Shown here: positions 20,801 through 28,295 of the stretch, one piece after another | Layout of the letters: every line of letters begins with the position of its first letter | Numbering within the stretch: the first letter of the stretch is position 1 | NCBI GenBank assembly: GCA_963667015.2 | Contig: CAXXJJ010000004.1 | Location: 3,424,001-3,488,000 of the forward strand | Length of the DNA: 64,000 bases | Direction: 5' to 3' | Source of the DNA: Desulfatiglandales bacterium | GTDB taxonomy: Bacteria; Desulfobacterota; DSM-4660; Desulfatiglandales; HGW-15 | Notes under the pieces: generated by a model | Told to the model about the DNA's origin: nothing | Database searches by the model: none | Seen by the model: only the letters and a program-made list of their open reading frames with translations | Translations under genes and position numbers: made by a program

Positions 20801-22584
20801 CCATTGCTACCGGGGCTGAAAATGAAATGTGGCCTCCATTCGCTGTTGTTATAATGGGAGGACTTGTTACTTCCGGGCTCCTTATTCTCCAGGTCATTCC
20901 AATAGGATTTGTCTTTTTGAATCGAATTGACCGGATTTTCGGCAGGATAGGCCCCTGGATAACAGTCTGGTGGATTGGTGCCACAGCGGCTGTTATGACG
21001 CCTCTTATTTTATCTGACCTGATAAGCACAATGAGATGGCAGATCACAACAACCCTGCTTGTCGCCTCCGTGCTCCTCGGAATATTCGTGCTGATCTTTC
21101 GCAGGCCTGAGCTTCCCGTTCCCTCTGCAGAAATGGACGTAGAGGTAAAGTTTCTTCACAAGATATACGGCCGGCCCGGTCCAGTGGGAAGGGCACTGCG
21201 CGCGGGTGAGCATTTTGCGGACAGGGTTCTTGCAAGAGGAGGCAAACCTTTTTTACCGCGTGATACTGTCCAGCCGATTGTCACAGCAATTGTGCTTTTA
21301 GCCGGAGCATCATATCTTGCATTTTCACTAAGCTCCACATGGTGGCGCGTCGTCTTTTCCTTTGCAGGGGCAGTCATACTTGTAAAGCTCTTAACCCTCA
21401 TAAGAAAGCTGAGGGGCCGGTGTGATGAGAAGGGCCAGCCCGAACCGGGCGGTATAGAAAACCTGATGGCATTTCTTGTTCCTTGGATCGTTCTGATTTT
21501 AAACGGATTGTTCTTTTATGCTGCACCTGTAGCAGCAGGAAAGAGCCCCCGTATGCCTTTATTCCCCATGTTACTGATCATTATTCTTATTATATTTATT
21601 CAGATGGGCCGAAAGACCGCGAAAGATCTTTTTAATGGAACCATCCGCAAGAAGCTGGATATTGGTATTGTTAACAGGTTAAGAATCTTCTGGCACTGGC
21701 TGTGCAGAATCCTTTTCAGCCTTGATCTGCCCAGGGAAGAGCATGAGGCGCTTAAAAATGTTCATTTTCGTGCCGAACATGGCATGATCGGTATCCTAGG
21801 TCCCAACGGTGCTGGAAAGACAACCCTTTTAAGGTCGCTCGCCGGCATCCTTGAACCCACTACAGGGGCTATCACACTTGGCGGTGTACCGCTTAAAAAG
21901 ATAAGAAAATACCTGGCCAACTGGGTAGGGTATCTTCCCCAGGATTTCGGACTGCCCGGGAACCTTACAGGAAAGGAATATCTCGAATACTATGCCCTTT
22001 TATACCGGATTGACGAGAAGGATAAAATAATTGAAAGGGTTAAATTTCTTCTTGAGGAGGTGGGGCTTGCTGAACAGTCGGATAAAAAAATCAGTGATTA
22101 TTCAGGCGGCATGCGTCAGAGGGTGGCCGTTGCAAGGACCCTTTTAAGGCTTCCACCGGTTATTATCGTGGATGAACCCACAGTAGGCCTTGACCCGAAG
22201 GAACGTATCAGGTTCCGAAATCTTTTGAGCCGGCTTTCCAAAACCAGAATAGTCCTTTTTTCCACCCACGTTGTCGAGGATGTGGCCGTGGCATGTGAGA
22301 GGGTAATCGTACTTTCAAAGGGGCATAAGGTCTTTGATGGCGAGCCGGGACTTTTAGCCTCTGAAGCTGAAGGAAAGATATGGGAAATGGAAATAAGAGA
22401 AGGAGAAGAGAACCAACTTCCGGATGAAGCCATCATTGTGGACCAGATACCCGGGGCTGATGGTTTTTACAATGTAAGGGTACTTCATGATGAATCACCG
22501 GCTCCGGATGCAAAGGCGGTTACTCCCAATCTGCAGGACGGGTACCTGCAACTGGTTGGCACCAGGAAGAAGAGGATTGTTTAA
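17824..22584 (+). CDS. RND permease fused to C-terminal ABC ATPase domain (1586 aa)
   Basis: Complete RND core (KRPVAT, GMLVDNSIVVYE, RSRPVLMT), extra TMs, then GPNGAGKTT / YSGGMRQR / IIVDEPT / STH in one uninterrupted ORF. Confidence 0.92.
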   Translation: MSWYEIPVKRPVATSMFFCAILLLGIVGWQRIPVELIPDLEGDNIHISFTRLNSDPEVVEREILIPLEGKASELPGLKETRGQVNGSGGSLDLTFEPGTDIKIRQLELQRIAAELTKTQPRGSSINVGGMDFSIISRIVMSIQVLGSEDTNTLRDFVEENIQSRIASVQGVGNVLVFGGAPEEITVRIDSDKCSALGISPQSVSETLSRSVQRLRYLGGLEDGLKRKPVMLDGRPKGTFELDELRISPDKPVLIRHVADVSKGVGRQDTIYRLNSKPSVALLVFKDEEANLVELGRDLRSRIKELREEFRPYGVDFMVGQDAADMIEVQINRLKKLAVSGFIISLVILYLFIRRPRAVTVVAVSVPVSLLGSMAFLYISGYTINIVTLIGLAMGVGMLVDNSIVVYEAVQRRLERGVEPDRAATEGIKVTFKAILAATATTAIVFLPVFFLIDDGMMRGVMKLLAAAILIPLGSSLLVAVGLVPLLSRKFAAPAALAHLDAVKKRKELYAGLPAPDKWRDLFSGVLKNSLRRPATWLTVITAVVLVTVIIGLPWVMIGNRNQEAREADQVILSIEVPSGDSLESISRSMYSLEQTAMKIEGVDSVESMVQEKNSSLTIRFVDREIRPRELSAPLVRRKITEASRTLKGFSIKAENSSGQNGGGRQGGGMGSLMGSASEIVLSGPDTKKLMDIAGSVKERLETIPEIGNQRVWVSSRPGQDEIHVIPDHQMLRSLGLMSDEVFIMLRLLMSREGTQMNAGTIETDGREIPITIRSNEPESGNISQKMESLRINTSAGVIPLGLISDTRKMPPPNVIEHHNGRRELTVSYMLSADAPETGPAREALEDEILNMIKSVHLPDGYTINPPDNNETTSMVKRILIPIVLLLFAVLAVTFESLTMPVLVLLAAPLTIIGAVWALFFAGMPLLNPMAIAGVVVLMGLMVNPAILLVDRMQQRVHGNAWSAGAAAIAAVKERSRPVLMTTCTTIAGLWPLAIATGAENEMWPPFAVVIMGGLVTSGLLILQVIPIGFVFLNRIDRIFGRIGPWITVWWIGATAAVMTPLILSDLISTMRWQITTTLLVASVLLGIFVLIFRRPELPVPSAEMDVEVKFLHKIYGRPGPVGRALRAGEHFADRVLARGGKPFLPRDTVQPIVTAIVLLAGASYLAFSLSSTWWRVVFSFAGAVILVKLLTLIRKLRGRCDEKGQPEPGGIENLMAFLVPWIVLILNGLFFYAAPVAAGKSPRMPLFPMLLIIILIIFIQMGRKTAKDLFNGTIRKKLDIGIVNRLRIFWHWLCRILFSLDLPREEHEALKNVHFRAEHGMIGILGPNGAGKTTLLRSLAGILEPTTGAITLGGVPLKKIRKYLANWVGYLPQDFGLPGNLTGKEYLEYYALLYRIDEKDKIIERVKFLLEEVGLAEQSDKKISDYSGGMRQRVAVARTLLRLPPVIIVDEPTVGLDPKERIRFRNLLSRLSKTRIVLFSTHVVEDVAVACERVIVLSKGHKVFDGEPGLLASEAEGKIWEMEIREGEENQLPDEAIIVDQIPGADGFYNVRVLHDESPAPDAKAVTPNLQDGYLQLVGTRKKRIV

Positions 22585-22585
22585 T

Positions 22586-23284
22586 ATGGCTGACAGTATA
22601 AAAAGATATTTAAGGATCATGTTCTACTCTGCCCGCCTTGTAGCAGGAAGAAAGTTCTGGATAGTTGTTTTTCTTCCCCTTATCTGGCTGCTCCTGAGGG
22701 CATTGTTTATTATGCTTGGCTGGGCCGATGGAAAACTTGGACCTGAAAATGCGTTTAATCTGATGAGCATACCCCTGTCTGTTGTTGCATTAGGGTTTGG
22801 AATCCGGATTATCGCAGGGGAGATAGACAGCCGAACCCTGGAAATTGCATACACTGTACCAGGGGGATGTTACCGTGTGTGGCTGGCAAAGATTGCAACA
22901 TCTGTTTCTTTACTGCTGGCCAGCGAAATACTGCTGGCGATTTTTACAATGATATTCTTTACAACTGTTACACCCGGAACTTTTTATGGAGTACTTCAGG
23001 GGTCGGTATTTTATCTGACTGCAGGAATGGCCTTTTCCGCGTTTTTCAGGAGTGAAATAACAGGAGCAATGGTGACAGTACCATTATTTGCACTTAATCT
23101 GATTACCAGTGCCGGTACTCGGGTTTCGCCCTTTTTTAACCCGCTTGTGCTTGAAAATACGGAGAAATTACAGGTCCTTTCCTACACAATCCAAAATCGT
23201 ATATTTTTTATTATTTTAATAGGAGTAGTAACCCTGCTGACCTTCTCCCGTGTGGAGAGAAGGGAAAAGATGCTGGGGGATTAA
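22586..23284 (+). CDS. ABC-2-type permease subunit
   Basis: About 6 TM helices, IAGEIDSRTLE motif typical of ABC-2 permeases; start reassigned to MADSIK, 1 nt after upstream stop. Confidence 0.75.
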   Translation: MADSIKRYLRIMFYSARLVAGRKFWIVVFLPLIWLLLRALFIMLGWADGKLGPENAFNLMSIPLSVVALGFGIRIIAGEIDSRTLEIAYTVPGGCYRVWLAKIATSVSLLLASEILLAIFTMIFFTTVTPGTFYGVLQGSVFYLTAGMAFSAFFRSEITGAMVTVPLFALNLITSAGTRVSPFFNPLVLENTEKLQVLSYTIQNRIFFIILIGVVTLLTFSRVERREKMLGD

Positions 23285-23329
23285 TGAATGCACCTCGATG
23301 AGAGGATAAAAAGGAGGCATAGATTAAAG

Positions 23330-24976
23330 ATGAAAAAGAAGACGGTAAGAATAGGAAATTTCCATTTTACAGCTGCACTGATAGGCTGCCTGTTCCTGTT
23401 TAACGGGTGCACGTATGTAAATAAGGTTAAGGAATTAAATGAGACTCCTCCCATTATGGAGATCTCCAGTGATACTATTCATGAGATAAATGTCATGAAG
23501 TTAAATGAAACGCAGCATGAAGTTACAGTTGAAGATATTGTTAATCCGCCTGAGCAGAAAGAGGTGACGCTTTCGCTCGAGGAGTGCCGTGCCCTTACCC
23601 TTGAAAACAACCTTGACCTTCGGGTTGAACTTATAAACCCAACAATTAACAGGGAAAAAATTACTCAGGAGGAGGCAAGGTTTGAAGCTACCTTTACAGG
23701 CAGTGCGAATTATAGCAACAACAAACAGCCTACTGACTCATTGCTTGTAGGATCAAACAGCGAAAGATCGGATATCAGTCTAGGAGTCGATTTGCCTCTC
23801 CGAACAGGTGGAACCCTCTCATTTGATCTTGCGGATGCAGGAAGCAAAACAGATTCAACCTGGTCAACGCTGAATCCGTCCTTCTCCAACAGCCTTACCG
23901 CCTCTATAAGCCAGCCCCTTTTAAAAAATGCAGGGAGAAGGGCGAGTACACACTGGATACAGATTGCCCAATACAACAGCAGTATAGCGGATCTACGAAC
24001 AAAAGTAGCGGCCATACGTATAATATCCGAGGTTGACAGGGCTTACTGGCGTCTATATGCAACAAGAAGAATGCTGGAAGTCAAGAAACAGCAATACGAC
24101 CTGGCAAAAACAACCTTTGAAGAAACAGAACGTTTTGTTGAAGTCGGGGTCAAACCCAAGATAGAGATAATAAGAACAAAAAAAACTTTGGCAGATACAC
24201 TGACAGGCATTATAAAGGCGGAAAACGATGTCAGACAAACAGAACGGAATCTTAAACGGATACTCAATAAAACAGGGCTCGGTATGGAAACAAAAACTGT
24301 TATCATCCCGTCCTCTCCTCCCGATCCTGTACGTTATGAACTTGACAGAAACAACATGGTAAAGCATGCCCTCGAAAACCGCATGGAAATGCTAGAACTG
24401 GAACTCCAGTTGGCCATGGACAGTTTGAATATTGAGTATAACAAAAACCAGGCTCTCCCCGACTTCAGGCTTGATTTACGATACAATATCAATGGGCTTG
24501 GAGGAGACAGAGGTGACGCCTATGATATGCTCTCCAAAAATGATTATCACGACTACAGGGTAGGCTTTAACGTTATAGTTCCTCTTGGAAACAAAAAAGC
24601 CAGAAGCCAGCTCAGGCAATTAATTTATGAGCGTGCGCAAAGGCTTGCCAGCAAAGAAAACAAGGAGGCAGAGATTAAGAATGATGTGCTTGGCCAGATA
24701 GATACGCTGGAAGCATCCTGGCAGGCTATTCTGGCAAGCAGGCAAAATACGATCCTTTCGGATGAGCAGTACAGGGCAGAAAAAAGACAGTATGAACTGG
24801 GGCTTGTAAATTCAACGGATTTACTTAAATCACAGACTGATCTTGCAGAGGCCCAGAGGGCAGAGATCGAGGCAATTACAACCTATCAGATTGCCCTCAT
24901 AGACCTTGCCTATTATTCCGGTACACTTCTTGGTGCAGCCAAGGTCGAATGGGAGCCGATTGTGCCGGCAGATTAA
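23330..24976 (+). CDS. TolC-family outer membrane efflux protein (lipoprotein)
   Basis: FNGC lipobox, LSLEEC..LTLENN, ISQPLL, RQYELG..NSTDLLKSQ OEP repeats; start after AGGAGG (track starts at 23288). Confidence 0.92.
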   Translation: MKKKTVRIGNFHFTAALIGCLFLFNGCTYVNKVKELNETPPIMEISSDTIHEINVMKLNETQHEVTVEDIVNPPEQKEVTLSLEECRALTLENNLDLRVELINPTINREKITQEEARFEATFTGSANYSNNKQPTDSLLVGSNSERSDISLGVDLPLRTGGTLSFDLADAGSKTDSTWSTLNPSFSNSLTASISQPLLKNAGRRASTHWIQIAQYNSSIADLRTKVAAIRIISEVDRAYWRLYATRRMLEVKKQQYDLAKTTFEETERFVEVGVKPKIEIIRTKKTLADTLTGIIKAENDVRQTERNLKRILNKTGLGMETKTVIIPSSPPDPVRYELDRNNMVKHALENRMEMLELELQLAMDSLNIEYNKNQALPDFRLDLRYNINGLGGDRGDAYDMLSKNDYHDYRVGFNVIVPLGNKKARSQLRQLIYERAQRLASKENKEAEIKNDVLGQIDTLEASWQAILASRQNTILSDEQYRAEKRQYELGLVNSTDLLKSQTDLAEAQRAEIEAITTYQIALIDLAYYSGTLLGAAKVEWEPIVPAD

Positions 24977-25017
24977 TGGAGTAGAATAAGTAATATTTGC
25001 AGATCAGTCACTTTAGC

Positions 25018-25046
25018 AGGGGCACGACACATCGTGCCCTTTTTTT
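25018..25046 (+). terminator. Rho-independent terminator ending ABC-RND operon
   Basis: GGGCACGA-CACA-TCGTGCCC stem followed by T run. Confidence 0.8.
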
Positions 25047-25145
25047 CTGTCTTTAAACAGAAAAATTGAATTTTTTTGAAGAATAGATTAACCATATAGG
25101 TACATAATAAATTACTATGCATGAAAAGGAAGCACCGGAATTATA

Positions 25146-25931
25146 ATGACTGACCAAAAATTCGATCTGGATGCCTATTTTGAGAGAATCAATTACTCGG
25201 GCATTAAGAAACCTACAGAAGAAGCTCTGAATGACATCCACACCTGTCATACATTGAATGTCCCCTTTGAAAATCTTGACGTATTTTACGGGAAACCCCC
25301 TCTTCTTGATGAGGCTTCTCTCTACAGCAAGATTGTAAAAAACTGCAGAGGTGGCTACTGTTTTGAGATGAATGGAATTTTTTCCATTGCGCTTCGGGAG
25401 ATGGGATTCAGGGTTACCAACCTGTTGGCAAGGGTAACGATTGACGGCATGAATTATACCTCAAGGACCCATCAGGTAATCCTTGTGGAGGCTGGAGATA
25501 AGAAATGGCTGGCGGATGTGGGTTTTGGTAACGACGGGATAACTGCACCACTGCTTCTGGTTGAGGATACTGACCAGAAACAGTTTTCCCATGTCTACAG
25601 GATAATAAAAGAGCCCCGTTTCAACGGATATCTGCTGCAGAAAAAAAATGGTGACACATACAACAGCATGTATGTATTTACCCTGGAAGAATGCTACCCG
25701 GAAGATTTTGTGATGTCCAGCCATTATACCGCGACTTATCCGGAGTCCTTTTTTAAGATGATGCGGATGTGTACAATGCCTACAAAGGAAGGGCGGGTCA
25801 CCTTAACTGATACGCATTTCAAAATAATTAAAAACGGTGCCAGCACTGAAGCAGAGATAAAAGATGAAGAGGAGTTTAAAAGGTATCTTAAGCAATATTT
25901 TAACCTGGACCTGGACAGTATAAGATCCTGA
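25146..25931 (+). CDS. Arylamine N-acetyltransferase
   Basis: PFENL, RGGYCFE (catalytic Cys), RTH, LADVGFG. Confidence 0.95.
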   Translation: MTDQKFDLDAYFERINYSGIKKPTEEALNDIHTCHTLNVPFENLDVFYGKPPLLDEASLYSKIVKNCRGGYCFEMNGIFSIALREMGFRVTNLLARVTIDGMNYTSRTHQVILVEAGDKKWLADVGFGNDGITAPLLLVEDTDQKQFSHVYRIIKEPRFNGYLLQKKNGDTYNSMYVFTLEECYPEDFVMSSHYTATYPESFFKMMRMCTMPTKEGRVTLTDTHFKIIKNGASTEAEIKDEEEFKRYLKQYFNLDLDSIRS

Positions 25932-26103
25932 CCTTTTAACCATCAGATACACAAAAAATTATTTAAAACCACACTTCTGTTTTGAAATATCTTTTAATTT
26001 TTTGCGCATTTAGTGTGTTTGTGGTACAAGTTTAAAATTCAGAGCCTTTCTTATTTTAAAATAAGCCTTACAAATTTTACCCAGATATTTCAGGACGATT
26101 CTC

Positions 26104-27252
26104 ATGCTGGAAGAAATCAGAATTCCTGTAGATTCGGAACCAGTCAATCCTGTCCCGGAGCCGGAATCTCAAATATTGCAAAGCCAGACCGGATTAACGC
26201 TGGAATTTCGTGGCTCGGCACATGAATATTTTAAGATCTGGATAGTTAATTTATGCCTTACCCTGGTTACCTTTGGTATTTTTTCTGCCTGGGCAAAGGT
26301 GAGGAAAAAACGTTATATTTATTCTCATACTGTCCTTGACGGAACACCTTTCCAGTATCTTGCAATGCCCATCCCGATCCTGAAGGGCAGGATAATTGCC
26401 GCCGCAGGATTTGCAGTATACTGGCTCGCAAGCAACTACATTCCATCACTGCTTCCCTTCGTACTTATTATAGGCCTTGTTGCCGCGCCATGGCTGTTAA
26501 TAAAATCCGCAGCATTCAATGCCAGGTATTCTGCCTTCCGAAATATGAATTTTCATTTTGAAGCCACATACACGGATGCCCTCAAGGTGATCTATGTAGC
26601 AGGAATAGTGCCGGCTTATGTTGTCGGAATGATGATTACAGGGAAATGGCAGATTGCTGCAACTGTAATATTGTCTATCATAACAGGTATCTCTTTTCCC
26701 TGGCTGCTCAGCCGCGTTAAAAATCTGGTTGTTACCCATACAGGTTTTGGCGGCATTAAAGGTGAATTCTATGCTACCGGAAAGGAATTTTTTGGAATAT
26801 ACTTCAGGGCGTCTTTGATTGTTTTATTAGGAGGAATACCCATTGGGATATTTACAACCTTTTTTGCTCTGGCAATTAAAAAGGACCCTGAATTTGCGGC
26901 ATATTTTACAATGGCCATAATCTATGCCTTATATATAGTCGCCTTCGCTTACGTCAAATCCAGCAGCGGAAACCTCGTATGGAATAAAACCAGAATAGGG
27001 CCAATTCGGTTCCGGTCCACCATGCGGAGTAAAGACCTTATATTTATATATATTACTAATGCGGCAGCGATTCTTTTTTCACTTGGAATGTTACTGCCAT
27101 GGGCGGTTTTACGCACAATCAGATATCGTATTAATAATTTGCATCCCCAGAAGGAAGGGAATTTATATGAATTTAAAGGAAGTAAAAATGTTACTGTTGA
27201 TGCAGTAGGCACTGAAACCTTTGATTTTTTTGATATTGATCTTTCGATATGA
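26104..27252 (+). CDS. YjgN/DUF898 family membrane protein
   Basis: EYFKIWIVNLCLTLVTFGIFSAWAKVR, FNARYSAFRN. Confidence 0.9.
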   Translation: MLEEIRIPVDSEPVNPVPEPESQILQSQTGLTLEFRGSAHEYFKIWIVNLCLTLVTFGIFSAWAKVRKKRYIYSHTVLDGTPFQYLAMPIPILKGRIIAAAGFAVYWLASNYIPSLLPFVLIIGLVAAPWLLIKSAAFNARYSAFRNMNFHFEATYTDALKVIYVAGIVPAYVVGMMITGKWQIAATVILSIITGISFPWLLSRVKNLVVTHTGFGGIKGEFYATGKEFFGIYFRASLIVLLGGIPIGIFTTFFALAIKKDPEFAAYFTMAIIYALYIVAFAYVKSSSGNLVWNKTRIGPIRFRSTMRSKDLIFIYITNAAAILFSLGMLLPWAVLRTIRYRINNLHPQKEGNLYEFKGSKNVTVDAVGTETFDFFDIDLSI

Positions 27253-28262
27253 CAAACCTGACAGGAAAATATTACAACGGCGTAACCCCAATTGGAATTC
27301 CGGGCGAAATAACACTGGATAAATTTAAGGTGATATTTACCGATGGCGAAACGTCTGAGCAATATCTTGTCTCCGATATAACTGTCTCACCCCGCATAGG
27401 TTCGGCACCGCGCTTTATCAATCTGCCCAATGGCAGCCAGTTTGAGTGTGATGATCATGCAGCATTAGATTTACTTCCGCAGGAAAGCCCTACTGAGGAT
27501 GCTGTTGCATGGCTCGAAATAAAGTGGCCTGTAGCGCTTGCTTCTGTGATAGTCGTTTTTTGCCTGCTTGTTACAGGTTATTTTTTCGGCCTGCCTGCAG
27601 CAGCAAAACCTATAGCAGAGCACATACCGCTGGAAAGCGAACAATCCCTTGGGAAATATGTCATAGACTGGCTGGATGATAATAATTTTTTTAAACATTC
27701 AAACCTTGAATATGAAATTCAGGATGAACTGACAGCCGGATTTGAAAGGCTGAACAGCAATCTTCCTTTTCAAAAATATTACACCCTTGAATTTCGTTCA
27801 GGTTCCATGGGTCCCAATGCCTTTGCCCTTCCGGGCGGCATCATTATTCTGACCGATGAAATGGTGAATATCTCAAAATCAAATGAAGAGATATTTGCAG
27901 TCCTCGCCCACGAGATAGGTCATACTGAGAAGCGCCACGCAATGAGGAGTATGCTTCAGGGATCCATAGTGGCAATAGCCGTTGCATCCGTGACAGGTGA
28001 TGCGACATCACTTAATGCAGGAGTAACCGGTCTGCCCATGCTGCTGGCCCGGACAAGATATTCCCGGGAATTTGAAACTGAAGCAGATGATTTTTGTTTT
28101 AAACTATTAAAACAGAATGGATATTCACCGAATGCCTTTGCTTCTCTAATGGAAAGAGTCGCAAAAAAGAATGGAGAAAAAAAGAACAGTTTCGCCTATA
28201 TCTCAACACACCCTTCTACCTATGAAAGGATACAGCGTGCCCGTGATGCTGCAGGAAAATAA
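27249..28262 (+). CDS. M48 family zinc metallopeptidase
   Basis: PNAFALPGG, AHEIGH, YSREFETEAD, STHP; ATGA overlap with DUF898 gene (usual pairing). Confidence 0.93.
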   Translation: MTNLTGKYYNGVTPIGIPGEITLDKFKVIFTDGETSEQYLVSDITVSPRIGSAPRFINLPNGSQFECDDHAALDLLPQESPTEDAVAWLEIKWPVALASVIVVFCLLVTGYFFGLPAAAKPIAEHIPLESEQSLGKYVIDWLDDNNFFKHSNLEYEIQDELTAGFERLNSNLPFQKYYTLEFRSGSMGPNAFALPGGIIILTDEMVNISKSNEEIFAVLAHEIGHTEKRHAMRSMLQGSIVAIAVASVTGDATSLNAGVTGLPMLLARTRYSREFETEADDFCFKLLKQNGYSPNAFASLMERVAKKNGEKKNSFAYISTHPSTYERIQRARDAAGK

Positions 28263-28295
28263 TCCTGGGGGAATACTGACATTGAGGAGAGGGTT

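Noticed and set aside
22487..22585. Longer start for the ABC permease
   Set aside because: Overlaps the RND-ABC fusion C-terminus; the ATG at 22586 follows the stop directly
25940..26030. Weak inverted repeat (ACCA..ACACAAAAAATT / AATTTTTTG..GTGTGTTTGTGGT) after the NAT gene
   Set aside because: Too degenerate to call a repeat element or terminator
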